Shown: positions 12,090 to 25,103 of the stretch, piece by piece | Position numbering within the stretch: the first letter of the stretch is position 1 | Layout of the letters: every line of letters starts with the position of its first letter | Origin: Eledone cirrhosa | Taxonomy: Eukaryota | Length of the DNA: 64,000 bases | Direction of reading: 5' to 3' | Assembly: GCA_964016885.1 (NCBI GenBank) | Contig: OZ024740.1 | Location: forward strand, 40,486,001 to 40,550,000 | The notes under the pieces: model-generated | What the model saw: the letters and a program-made list of their open reading frames with translations, nothing else | What the model was told of the DNA's origin: nothing | Databases searched by the model: none | Position numbers and translations under genes: made by a program

Positions 12090-13090
12090 TCTATATATAT
12101 AAAACTGAGGTTGTCTGTCTGTCTACTAAAACCTTCGGCACACATCTCCTCTTAAACCGTACGTTCAAATTTCGGTGAAATTGCTACACTTATAGATGAA
12201 GGTCCGGCGGAACCATCGGTCAAATAAATTTTCAAATAAGTTCTTGTTTTTGATTATGTCATCTATATATATAAAACTGAGGTTGTCTGTCTGTCTACTA
12301 AAACCTTCGGCACACATCTCCTCTTAAACCGTACGTTCAAATTTCGGTGAAATTGCTACACTTCTAGATGAAGGTCCGGCGGAACCATCGGTCAAATAAA
12401 TTTTCAAATAAGTTCTTGTTTTTGATTATGTCATCTATATATATAAAGCTGTGGTTGTCTGTCTGTCTATCGATTTTTGGCACACATCTCCTCTTAGAAT
12501 CTCTGACGGAATTGCACCGAAATTGCTATACTTGTACATTGAGCCCTAGCGAAGACATCGGAAAAAAAATATTTCAAATTGACCCACCCTATGTGACGAA
12601 ATCGAATCTAATGTATCGATTTTTGAGCGTAAGTGACGAGTTATTTCCCTTTGTTCTGTTTACATTGAGCGTCTTACGTTCTGTTTACATTTTCTGCGTG
12701 CAAAAATTAAAAAAATTACGCTGGCTTTCTCAGCGTTTAAAATGACATTAACACAATACACGAACAGTTGTCGAGCCAGCAAAATTTTGACCTGCAAAAT
12801 TCATCAGTTCGAACACTAAGCTTCCGTTTTGCTTCATTTCCATTTAAAAGCCTTTTAAAACAATATTTTTACTTGAAAACAAGTCTATTTAAAGACTACG
12901 TAAAACAAGCAAATATTTCGTAAAAAAAAGCAAAAATTATATAAGTTTATTTAAAATATATGTATCTGTAAATTTCGTTAGGCGTGCAGACAGACAGTCG
13001 TGCAGACAGACTTTAAGCCAAAAAAGAAACTTAACATTGTAACTTTAACACAGCTACTGAGCGACCCCGAGCAACGCCGGGCTTTACTGC
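12090..13090 (+). mobile_element. Non-autonomous Helitron with triplicated 5' end
   Basis: A|TCTATATATATAAA followed by (GTCT)n at 12090, 12262 and 12434 (172 bp period). 3' hairpin CCCGAGCAACGCCGGG at ~13066-13081. The CTAG terminus is missing. Confidence 0.7.
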
Positions 13091-15215
13091 CGATAACATA
13101 GTGTTGAAACAGAATGTCTTTCCGGTGCCTCCTGGAGCATCTATGAAAGCACAAAGTTGCTCATTAGTGGAAATCAAGTGGAAAACACCATTGACCAATT
13201 CTCTCTGAGATTGGGTCAACATTGGCATAAGTTCATCCACAATACGTTGCTGTTTCAGTGGATCAAACTGGAATAGTTCCTTCCGATCGAGTGGCAACCG
13301 TCTAAACTGCAATCTCATGTTCAATGCTAAGACACGTTGCCAAATTTATTCATCAGGAATTAGCAAATTGAAATCTCTTAAACATTTGAAATGAACTTCA
13401 AGCAGTTGCTCAACATTGAGCAAAACAATAGCTTTCATCAAATTTTCATCATCGACCTGAAGATGATGCCTAAAATCATCAGCCATAATTCCCCAATGGC
13501 GTTCAAATAACTCTCTTGGATTGGCAGGGTTGCAGAATCCTAGAATCGTGACAAACAACTGCCTTATTTGAGCTGGCATCTGTGTTGTTCCTGCAGCATC
13601 CATGGCGTTATTCTATTCAACGTCATCCTAAAGGAGTCCCATATGCTGACACAGCCTGGTATGTTTCATATTCCACGCCATTGATTGTTTTCAAATCAGC
13701 GAAGCTCTGTTTACCTCTCGAAAAATCATTATGCAACAGAATTCGGAGATAAAACACATCACCAGATGCGGGATAGACATAACAAACCCGTCCAATAGTC
13801 ATGAATCTCAACTTTTGTTTTCTATCATTCCATTTCTTTCCCTTCTTATCCCACGTATAGTGTGAAGGTAAATCGCAGTAGAGTTGCCTTTGATCCGGGT
13901 TCAAAGCACGTTCCCTATTATGCTTGAACCGCTCAGTCAATTCCGTCTTAGGAGGTGGTGCGTTAGCAATTCTTTCGACACCTTTTCTAGTGTCCTGAAA
14001 ACAGACCATTTGCCTATTCTCTAAGTGAACCGTCAGTTTCTGAACGCTGGGTTTGCATTCATTGAGATCAAAATCGAACAATCTCCAGCAAGCTTCGCTA
14101 GATCCAATCGAGCGAACATCCTGGAACCTGCCAACTTCATCTCCTTGGTTCACCTCCTCATTCCTGACATTGATCATTGTCCGATAATGACCTTTGTAAA
14201 CATACTTGAATAGATATTTGCAAGCTTTCACTGAGCTACAAATTTCCACATTAATATGACAACGATATTTCATAATCAAATATGGATTGTATGGCACAAC
14301 CCATTGATTTGTAACCTGTCGACCGTTTACATTTTCGACCAAACCGCCATCGGCAGGCGACCGTCTTCTGTATGAGGGATGAGCATCCCCATCGTTCCAG
14401 GAAGTGTTTGTGACAAAAGATTTCGGAAAGTGCTTACTGCATTGGCCATTTTTCATGCAAGGCGCTTTCCGATTTGCCACTCCACATTGGTTGTGCACTA
14501 TTGACTTTGCCACCAAATTGCATAGTGCCACATTCTCCTGCAGTTCAGCACACACACAACGCTGTCGACATCCTCAGCACATCTCAATTTGCAATCTCTA
14601 TGTAAAATGATCAGCAAATGTGCATGTGGCAATCCTCTTTTTTGGAATTCAATCACGTATGTAAAAGCAACTATACCTCCAAAGATTCCCTCTTTTTCCA
14701 CATCATCCATTATCTTTTTCAGATATCCTTTCAATACTCTTGCCACAATATCAGAACGGTCCTTTGGCTGTTGTCCTGGCAAAAGTGCATCCTTAATATC
14801 AGTCCATTCAGGATTGCATGTAACCATTATAAACAAATCTGGCTTTCCAAACTTTCTGACAATAGCCATTGCATCCTGATAGCAAATGTTCATATATCTT
14901 GGGCCGCCGATGAACGACGATGGCAAAATGATGCGTCGACCAATTTGCTTGTAATTGGCATCATCGGCTGTTATTGTATATTATTATACAATTCAGCTCT
15001 GATATGTTGCTGATGTGTAGCTATATAATTTAGCCTTTGATTTTCGATCTTTGCGAATGCCATACAACAGTATTCCTGGAACAATCTGCTGGCTTGAAAT
15101 AGCGCATTTCTCTGTTGATTCCTCTTGTTCAAATGGAATGCGTAAAAGTCGCGAATCGAATTATTGTGTCTATTGCCGCCTCCCTGTTGATGCCGATTCT
15201 CATGATCATCTAAAT

Positions 15216-17342
15216 CACAGGTTTGTGAGCTTAGAGACCACGGAAGAGGGTATATTTATTAGTAAATGGTAAAATATATACAACAAATGAGTAAGTGAAT
15301 TGAAGTAGATGGTTTCCAGTCCAGTCAGACTGCAACTACAAATAAAAAAATTGTTAGTTTGCTTTGTAACAATAGCATATCCAAGTTTTCGGATAAATCA
15401 ACTTACTTTAACTTTGACCTTATTTCCATGGGACCCTTGAGCTTCATGGAGTCTAGCTAACTCTTTGACGCCAGGCTGGATTTAAGTAAGATGTAGCCGG
15501 AGATCTCCGCGTGTAATTACATTGTAGCGGTTGCGAGCCTTACTGTACAGTCTCGACTAAGTATGTGCTTGGAAAAGGCAGAGCAAATCTCTTAGCCTCT
15601 GCATGTAGGAGTGGAAATCGACGCTGAATTTCCTCTTGCATCCCAAAAAGAGATTCACCTATTTTGGGAAATCTCATTTTGATCATGTCATCTGCTTGAA
15701 GTTCAATGAAATTTAACGTCCAAATCATCGACGGTAGCTATGAAGGGATCTGCTATCCACGTTGGGATGGCCATCGGCAAAAAGTCGACAAACCGTTCTC
15801 TCATGTTGTCTTGTAGTGCACGGAGGTGAGTGGTATAAATTTTGAGTTGGTCATCGCTTACAATGTTTTGAACATTGGCAAAACTAGGAAAATTATAGAA
15901 TTCCCGTCAACAAAGATTCTTTTCGATGACATTCAATTTGGCCAGGAATGTTTTCACAGCATTCCTTGCTTTAAGCAAGGTGATCTTCTTCCCTTGCAAA
16001 GCCAAAACGACGCTAATGCATTTGTCGAAGATGTCGGTGAGGTAGGCGCAGTCTTGCCTCACATCGAGGGCTTTCTTGTACAGTTCTGTGTTGCGTCCTC
16101 GCAGAAACTCAATGATAGAATCAAAGAGTTCAAAGAAGTGAGTAAGACACTTGCCCTTTGAAAGCCACCTCACTTCAGTATGAAGGAGCAACTTGACGAA
16201 TTCTTCGTCATTATCTTGGCACAGTTGCCGGAAAATTCGTTCATTGAGGGAAATCCGTTTGATAAAATTGATGACATCAATGGCCACCTGCAAGGACTTG
16301 CTCAGCGGCTTGCTGAGTTTCTTCGCAGCCAAGTGTTGTCGATGAATGACACAATGAATAGCAAATACAGATAGATTTTCTCTCTTCAGAAGAGTGACGA
16401 AACCCTTATGTTGGCCAACCCATTGCGCTTGCGTCGTCCGTAGCACATGATACAATATGTGTTGTATGTGGTCTTAGATGTATGTATTACCTGCCTGTGT
16501 GTTGCATGTAGTCCTAGATGTATGTATTACCTGCTTATGTGTTGCATGTGGTCCTAGATATATGTATTACCTGATTATGTGTTGTATGTGGTCCTAGATG
16601 TTTGTATTACCTGCTTATGTGTTGTATGTGGTCCTAGATGTATGTATTACCTGCCCGTGTGTGCTACCTCCTTCTGTGTTGCATGTGGTCCTAGATGTGT
16701 GTATTACCTGCTTATGTGTTGTATATGGTCCTAGATGTGTGTATTACCTGCTTATGTGTTGTATATGGTCCTAGATGTGTGTATTACCTGCTTATGTGTT
16801 GTATATGGTCCTAGATGTGTGTATTACCTGCTTATGTGTTTTATGTGGTCCTAGATGTGTGTATTATCTGATTATGTGTTGTATGTGGTCCTAGATGTGT
16901 GCGCTTCTGTGTTTTTGCTTTTCTTTTTTATTTGTAATATTATTTATACAAAAGGGAATAAAATAGATCCACATAGTGTTAACTCGTTACGGTTGAGTCA
17001 ATAACTTCAGACATGAAATACATTGTTATCGGTGAAGGAAAGACAAGATTCTAATTGGCTGCGCTCAAAGTGTCCTTGACCCAGTTGACTGGGTTTTTCC
17101 ATTTTTAGGATCTCAATTGCCGATTAATGTCTAGAGACGCCTGCACACCTGCTCACAGACCATAGTTATGCAGTCTGCATGCTCGTTCAAATGCATTCAA
17201 ACTGGCTGTCTCAAAGACATACAAATATGGCTTATAAAACTTACCAAAGTAAAGAGCCTTCCAGCCCCCCCCCCCCCCTCTTAGCGCCCCCTTGCTCCCA
17301 AACGCCCCCGGGGGTGCATATGCCCCCCATTGAGAACCTTTG
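15216..17342 (-). mobile_element. hAT (Buster/Charlie-like) DNA transposon, deleted transposase
   Basis: Transposase motifs IHCVIHRQHLAAK, LLHTEVRWLSKG, LPFPSTYLVE. Imperfect TIRs CACAGGTT.../...GAGAACCTTTG. 8 bp TSD ATCTAAAT (15208-15215, 17343-17350) fits the Buster nnnTAnnn target. Confidence 0.88.
16457..16900. repeat. 40 bp minisatellite, ~11 copies, inside the hAT element
   Basis: Unit ~GTGGTCCTAGATGTGTGTATTACCTGCTTATGTGTTGTAT with 40 bp period and one irregular unit near 16655-16680. Confidence 0.92.
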
Positions 17343-17359
17343 ATCTAAATGAACAGACA

Positions 17360-19219
17360 TATAACATAATACTGAGGTTGTATGAATATAACAAAGATGC
17401 TCGGTTGTGTGTATAAAGTTTAATTAACAAGTTGAAGTTATGTAGTGCTGAATTGTTGACATGTCAAGAGTAGATGAAAGAATGAAGTAAAGTTATTTGT
17501 TACCGTTTTGAAGTGAGCTCGCAAGAGACCATGTTAGGGTTGCCAGAGAGTAGAGCCTCGGCGAACGCGTCTGGCCGAAAGGGCAAATAAGAGGGAGATA
17601 GCTGAAAGTTCTCTCCTTTATAGGGGTCCCTGGACGGAAGGGCAACCACAACGGAAGAAACTCCAGCTACCGCCTGTCTAGAGAGCGTTACTCTACTGGT
17701 GATGTGATCGTCACAACAAGGGAGGCAACTCTTGCTACATTATCTCCCGCCAGATTTTTAAAACATAAAAATCGAATGAACCATGTATGAAGTAAGATGG
17801 CGAGCATGTTGTAACACCAAAGTCCAAGCATGAAAATTACGAAAAAAATAATGTTTGCAATAAAAGCAAAACAGCAAAATATAAGCATGCAAAAATTAAT
17901 GATAGATGTCAAGGTAGCCAACCGCTCTTGGCCAGAGAACGACTGGACACCTATCTATCCATCACAGGAAGAGTGCTGCAAAAATAAATTCTGTTTTGTT
18001 CTGCTGGTTTTGGTTGTTGATGTTGTTGTCTCGCGGAGTGAGCGTATTCGATATTGTTTCCGTTCACAGTGAAATTTTCCCCAGAAAAAATGAGTTGCGC
18101 AAAGTGCTAGAAATAACAGCCAAAGTTGATGGTCGATGTTAAGAATGCGTTGACCTGGAAGGGTCAAGAGGCTAGCGACCAAAGAAATAAGCATTCTAAA
18201 TAAATGCGCAGTTTTCAACGGCAAATTTACGTGGTAAATTTTTAAACCGGCAAATAGGAGAATATAGTTTAAGGCTGGAGAATCCTTGGCAAGAAACATT
18301 ATCTATGGCGTGTGTTATCTCAGTGAGTCGAGATGTGTGCTCCCCACACGTGCCGAAACAAGGTTAAAGTCAAGTTGAAAAAAAAAATATTTCTATTGCG
18401 CGAGAAAATGGCGCGAAAATGATAGTGCAGCAGGTCGTTGGCAGCCATTTTGAAAAATTTGTGTGTGAACGTGATAATATGATGAAAAAGAAAGAAAGGC
18501 TTCACTTGGTATAACAAATATGGCGAGTTCAATTTTTTTGTGAACGATGAAAAAAAGCTTGGTGGAAAGAATAAGCAAGAGTTGAGATTCAACAAAAATA
18601 AATGTTCATGTTGAAAATGAGTCTGTCTGAACGAGAATTTCACATGTGCGTGTGTTCGTTTCTATGTCTACGTATTTTTCCTAGTTTGTTAATAAAGTTT
18701 GCTGCGTATTCGAAATGTTGGTCCACACATTCCAACGAAAATGGGGTACTGCTAATTAATTTTCTTGTTTCCATACTCACACAACACCATATCCTGTTAT
18801 TTTTTTTTTTTTCGGGGTCACCACTTATAACATAATACTGAGGTTGTATGAATATAACAAAGATGCTCGGTTGTGTGTATAAAGTTTAATTAATAAGTTG
18901 AAGTTATGTAGTGCTGAATTGTTGACATGTCAAGAGTAGATGAAAGATGAAGTAAAGTTATTTGTTACCGTTTTGAAGTGAGCTCGCAAGAGACCATGTT
19001 AGGGTTGCCAGAGAGTAGAGACTCGGCGAACGCGGCTGGCCGAAAGCCAGCAGCCGAAAGGGTAAATGAGAGGGAGAGAGCTGAAAGTTCTCTCCTTTAT
19101 AGGGGTCCCTGGACGGAAGGGCAACCACAACGGGAAGTAACTCCAGCTACCTCCTGTCTAGAAAGCGTTACTCTACTGGTGTTGTGATCGTCACAACAAG
19201 GGAGACAACTCTTGATACA
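17360..19219 (-). mobile_element. Non-autonomous LTR retroelement (TRIM/LARD-like)
   Basis: Direct repeats 17360-17739 and 18826-19219. 4 bp TSD GACA (17356-17359, 19220-19223). PBS TGGTGACCCCGA (tRNA-Trp complement) at 18812-18823 (-). Purine-rich tract before the 3' LTR. Non-coding ~1.1 kb interior. Confidence 0.88.
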
Positions 19220-19808
19220 GACACGTTCCATCCATTTTCACCTTTTGGGAATAAAAGAACATAATGCAATGGATCGTATGCCCTATTTGAATCATTGATA
19301 GTCTTGAGACCACCATCTCTGCGATTGAGGACGATATCTCTCGATCCAGGCTTATCGTCCATCAATACAGCAACTTCACGAAATCCTTCGGGGGCATTAT
19401 ATCGCCGTTTGTGTTGATTCCTTGGCACTGCGTCAGCCTTAATCACCAATGTTTGCTGCTGAACATTTTGCAGTTCAGCCACCAACATGAAATCCATAAC
19501 ATAAGGATTACACTGTCTAAGCCATGATTGCAAATCACGGATCAAATCACTTAACCTTTGCCGTTCAAGTTCAGTTATATTTCCCAGCAACTTCATCCAA
19601 CCGATCCTGATATCCTCCTCCGATTCACTATAATCTGGATCGTTAACGTAAATTTGAGCGAATCGACGCCTCTCTCCTGGGGTAACTTCTAAATTACCGA
19701 TACAATGATACAAACGGCGGTTGCCATGCTCCACTCTCAAACATCTCACTAACTCTCTGTGATGCTAAAGCTAATGAATTGTTAATTTGCCGCGAATATT
19801 TGCGCAGT

Positions 19809-22397
19809 TATAATGTGGATTACGTGTCACTGGAGATATTAATATAGAAGGCAATGACGAAAACGACATAATCCATTATAACAAAAATTCCCTTTTATTT
19901 GTTGTACAAATATGGAATCGAAATAACAAGAGAAGGTTGAGCAAGTCTTCACATCGTGTTGGCTGCATATTCCAGTGGAGATGGGAAAGAATGTGGCATA
20001 TCAAATGTCGGACGTCTTGATGCTACCAGCTCGTTCAGTGAACTCTGTCTCTCTGTGCTATTAGCCAACTGTCTCTGGTCCAAGTAGTCCAGCAACTTGT
20101 CTCGATCCGCTGAGGGCCTTGATTGGCTCCACTTCAGCCAATTTACCTCTGTGATACCATTCTTCCGCCAAAGGAAAATACATTTAATCACAAAGGAAAA
20201 CACATTTTATTCTGTTCACTACAGTACCCTCCATTTAGATCGAAGATCGATATCAATACATGAGTAGTGCTAAATATGCAATATGTCTATGACATCAAAC
20301 AATAAAAAATCATCGGGTACTCCGAGAAAAGATACATTCATGAATACAACCAAGAAAAATGAAACATAACATAATTGAACAAGCAAAAGTAACTGTTTAC
20401 ATAAGAGTCAAAAGTTTGAACAATATCACAGTTCATATATAGATTGTTTTACTCAATCTCTGAGGCCAATGTAATCTACGACCACTACGACCACTACGAC
20501 CACTACGACCACTACGAGTCGTCGTAGAGTACATTTCGACACGTTACACAACCTCTTACACCCTGGAATCCATTCATCAGTGAAATTCATTACGGCTAGA
20601 TTCTTTTGGCCAAATATGAGACGAGATATCACTGCTTGGTCTCGTTCCTGCATACCTTGCCAGAAGTCTAAGGTGCACAAACACATTCGAGCACCTCTGG
20701 GCACATTCAACGCTCCAGATGCCCGCTTTGACCATATTCATATCGACCTAGTTGGATCTTGGCCGGTCAGTCATGGATATACATACCATCTTATGTGTAT
20801 CGACCGTTTTACACGTTGGCCTGAAGCCATTCCTCTTGAAGAGATTTCAGCAGAATCAATAGCACGAGCTCTGATGTCTGGCTGGATTTCGCGATATGGT
20901 GTCCCTTCTACGATCACAACTGACCGTGGCGGACAATTTGAATCACATCTCTTCCATGAACTTTCTAAAATCTTAGGGATACATCGTATTAGAACTACTA
21001 GTTACCATCCGGCGTCAAATGGCATGATAGAATGCTTTCATCGACAATTAAAAGCAGCATTGCGTGCTTATCCCGACCAGCAAAAATGGAGTGAATATCT
21101 ACCAATTGTTCTTCTTGGCTGTCGTGCGGCGGTCAGGGAGGATCTCAGATATTCCCCAGCGGAACTGCTGTACAGAACACCTTTATCCTTGCCGGGACAG
21201 ATGTTAGTCCCAGTTGACGCATCACGGGAAGATCCTACGTTATATATTAACCATTTGCGATCATATTTCAATGATCTTCTGCCTATGGGAACACGTCAAC
21301 ACACGATTAAATCTACGGTTCCTAAAAACATTACTTCTTGGACTCACGTTTTTCTACGTAAAGACTCAGCGAAAGGACCACTTGTGCCACCCTATACTGG
21401 ACCCTACCGTGTCCTGGCAAAACGGCCAAACTTTTTACCATAGACGTTTGTGGTAGGAAACACAGTTTCTGTAGATAAGAATTAAACAGGCCTTTACAGA
21501 CGCTCCACCAGTTGAACCCCATACACCCCCCACATACAATATATTGCATGTTGAACCTTCACAAGCATACTCACCCACAACATCACACCCACCTTCATTA
21601 CCTTCACCCACATGTGTTACGACGACTCGTAGTGGTCGTAGATTACATTGGCCTCAGAGGTTGAGTAAAACAATCTATATATGAACTGTGATATTGTTCA
21701 AACTTTTGACTCTTATGTAAACAATGACTTTTGCTTGTTCAATTATGTTATGTTTCATTTTTCTTGGTTGTATTCATGAATGTATCTTTTCTCGGAGTAC
21801 CCGATGATTTTTTATTGTTTGATGTCATAGACATATTGCATATTTAGCACTACTCATGTATTGATATCGATCTTCGATCTAAATGGAGGGTACTGTAGTG
21901 AACAGAATTAAATGTGTTTTCCTTTGTGATTGAATGTATTTTCCTTTGGCGGAAGAATGGTATCACAGAGGTAAATTGACTGAAGTGGAGCCAATCAAGG
22001 CCCTCAGCGGATCGAGACAAGTTGCTGGACTACTTGGACCAGAGACAGTTGGCTAATAGCACAGAGAGACAGAGTTCACTGAACGAGCTGGTAGCATCAA
22101 GACGTCCGACATTTGATATGCCACATTCTTTCCCATCTCCACTGGAATATGCAGCCAACACGATGTGAAGACTTGCTCAACCTTCTCTTGTTATTTCGAT
22201 TCCATATTTGTACAACAAATAAAAGGGAATTTTTGTTATAATGGATTATGTCATTTTCGTCATTGCCTTCTGAATCGATAACTATATTAATATCTCTAAC
22301 GTGGATTACGTGTCGCTGGAGATATTAATATAGTTATCGATTCAGAAGGCAATACATTCAATCACAAAGGAAAGCACATTTAATTCTATTCACTACA
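19809..22397. mobile_element. Rearranged Gypsy LTR element with internal inversion
   Basis: TSD CAGT (19805-19808, 22398-22401). LTR+PPT+3'UTR at 19809-20526 is the inverse of ~21617-22296. An internally deleted LTR remnant lies at 22297-22397. Confidence 0.8.
20530..21660 (+). pseudogene. pol: Gypsy integrase fragment
   Basis: Zinc-binding remnant (LHPG...CIPCQK), DDE core ([21 protein letters not shown]), GPY motif (PYTGPYRV) and terminal TTRSGR. Confidence 0.9.
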
Positions 22398-22849
22398 CAG
22401 TAATCTAGCTCGGTCTCCTTGATCAACCCACATACTTAGTATTTTAAACTCTGGTGACTCCTCATCATCGAGCATTCACAAGGTTTCTAGTTGAACTGCT
22501 CCTTTATGACAGCACATTGTGGTCCCCGTCTTTTCGTGCCTCCAAATCAATGCTCCACAATGTGGACACTCTGCTTGTCCACCAATCTGAATGAGGAGCA
22601 CTTTGGCAACACATTCTCTGGACTTCTGTATTGCGCTGGCACTGTTCAGCCAGCTTCTCTTCGTCCATCGCAGCACGCCGTTGCTGTGAATTCTGGCCAT
22701 CTGCTGATGATGCTCAACCAGTTCGTCTTCAACCATCGCAGCACAATGTGTGATGGGCAGTAAACACAGATGATATGTGAAGTCTGGAAAGAAATGAAGC
22801 AAGCATGCTTTGATAGATGTGTGATACTAATGTGCATGAATGAAATGAG

Positions 22850-23135
22850 AGAAAAACTGTGTATACGAGGAATCAGATGTAGTGTGAAGAGAGAAGACTG
22901 TGCTGGTATGGACATGTGATGCATATGGATGATAATTTTTGAGTGAAGAAATGCTAAGAAACTCAATGGAAAGAAGCTGCAGTAGAGGAAGACCAAGGAA
23001 ATCCTGGGTGAGAGCTGATCTCAAATCACTGAAGCTCAAGGAGATGATAAAGGATCACAAACAGTGAAGAGATGCTGTGCTGAAAAAACCTAGACACCCA
23101 TGCAAATATGGAAAAACGAATGTAAAATGATGATC
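22850..23135 (+). mobile_element. Decayed RTE 3' fragment
   Basis: Similar to 40650-40920 (GGACATGTGATGCATATGG; AGTAGAGGAAGACCAAGGAAA; GAGATGCTGTGCTG; ATGATGA tail). Confidence 0.7.
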
Positions 23136-23379
23136 ATACACATATTCATATATATATGGTGATCATATTTTCACTTTTTCAACAAATGCTAGAGTTGTTT
23201 TCCATACATGTAAAAATATAAAATATTTTCAGTCCATGACTAATGTTTTTTCTTCACCACATATTTCTATTATTTTTCATACAAATACAACAGCCATTCC
23301 TTATACTGACCATTTTAGTCACTTCTTACAACACACAAGTATTCAGTGTTTTTTCTAAACTGGGTATATATATTTCCAT

Positions 23380-23890
23380 GGTATGTATGTATTATTTCTT
23401 ATCGTAGTATAAGAAAGTTAACCATACCTGAAAAATTAGATCTAAATATAAGATTATATATTACTACCATTATTGATCATATTTCCCATGCTTTGACGCA
23501 TAGAGTTACGGCCCTTGCCATTCTGAGTTCAAATCCCGCCGAGGTTAACTTTGCCTTTCATCCTTTCGGGGTCGATAAAATAAAGTACCAGTAATGTACT
23601 GGGTAATTGCTGGCCTTGTGCCAATAGTAGAAACAATTATTGATCATATTTCTTACTAAGATACATCATAACCCAGATCTGAACATAAGACTATTATGAC
23701 CACCACTGATTATATTTCTTATTAAGATATCATAGCCCAGATTAGAGAATCATAAGACAATAGTTTATGACCAGCATTGATCATATTTCTTACTAAGACA
23801 TCATAACTCAGATTAGAGAATAAGATTATAGTTTTTGACTAACACTCATCATATTTCTTATTAATACATCATAGCCCAGATTACAGAATC
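23380..23890. repeat. Degenerate ~65-70 bp tandem repeat, interrupted by the SINE
   Basis: Recurring TGATCATATTTCTTA(C/T)TAAG...CATA(A/G)CCCAGAT motif near 23641, 23707, 23778 and 23847. Confidence 0.65.
23487..23635 (+). mobile_element. 5'-truncated tRNA-derived SINE with Nin-like central domain
   Basis: Box B-like GAGTTCAAATCCC; GCCTTTCATCCTTTCGGGGTCGATAAAA..AGTACCAG recalled as Nin-like. Flanking direct repeat ATTATTGATCATATTTC. Confidence 0.65.
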
Positions 23891-25017
23891 AACCAAAGAA
23901 GCTGGAATGTCAGAAACAAAGGAATGAAGATGATGAATTTGAAATATTTCCTAAGAAAATAAAGCCACAATGGCAATACTGTAAACAGTGGCATCATACT
24001 TCTACTTGTAGACAAGTAAAGCTGACTGTATTTATAAATAGGCAAGAAGACACTGACAAATTGAAGATTGCTGTAAATGTGAATTACTGCAAGACATTAA
24101 AGAAAGCTCCTCTCCTCCTCACTATATCAACAGTGTCAGAAAATCTATGCTGTAAGTTGTAATGTAATGGGCTGTAAGTTGTGCCCCAGAAGGGACAGGG
24201 GTGGTGATGTAACATTAGACTAAGATGTCAAATGATGTGTCTCTCACTCTTGTAGCAACTTTAAAGTGACAGTTTGAGTTTCTAGAGTCTCATATTTTCT
24301 GGTCAGTGTTTGGATGAGTATAATTTTTGAGTTACACAAGTAGGAAAGAGAGACAACAGTGGCTCAAACATAGGAACTACATCATCTACAACAACTGATG
24401 TCTCCGTGGAAGGTCTATAATAATGGAACATTGAAAAAGCCTTAATCACAAAAGAAGCATTTTAGATGAGTAGCTAAACATATATGGTGTGAGAATGGAA
24501 ATCATATACTGCAATGGACCAGTATTTCTATAATTGATAGACAATCACAGTTGCGACATCAAAATCTCAAAGAAGCCATACACATAATTCTTGCTATAAC
24601 TATACTGTGTATTTTATATTTTTATCTTTAGAAATTAAATATCAACTATAAATGAAGGCATAGATTTACTGTTAAATAACATCATCGTTTAACGTACACT
24701 TTCTTATGAAACCATATTTTATTGGTTTAGTTACCATGGAAATTTCCTACACACAAATCAAATATTTTACAATTGTAATTAAATTTTGTGAAGTAATTTG
24801 GGTTATGATAACTAATTTGAAAAACTCTCCTCACCCAATATACACTCACACTGCAAATGGAGAGAGGTGATTTGGCGATTGATGCAGAAACACATACACA
24901 GAGAAAATTAGAGAGAAACTATAAAATGTAACACAAAGAAAAATACAAACACATACAAAAGCAGGGAGGAGAAACATGTATTGAAAATTGATCCAATTGA
25001 CAAAAGTGCCTCTCTAA

Positions 25018-25061
<44 letters not shown>

Positions 25062-25062
25062 T

Positions 25063-25100
<38 letters not shown>

Positions 25101-25103
<3 letters not shown>

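Larger units (their letters stand above)
13091..22800 (-). mobile_element. Helitron Rep-Hel pseudogene interrupted by three nested insertions
   Basis: Pieces 22402-22800 (CPHC..CC), 19224-19808 (FAQIY, AYDPLHYVLLFP), 17351-17359 and 13091-15215 (FIMVTCNP, EFQKRGLPHAH, KYLFKYVYKG, Pif1 Walker A DAPGGTGKT). Reading frame rejoins across the insertions. Confidence 0.9.

Noticed and set aside
16457-16900. CRISPR-like regular 40 bp spacing
   Set aside because: No unique spacers, no cas genes and a eukaryotic context; it is a plain minisatellite.
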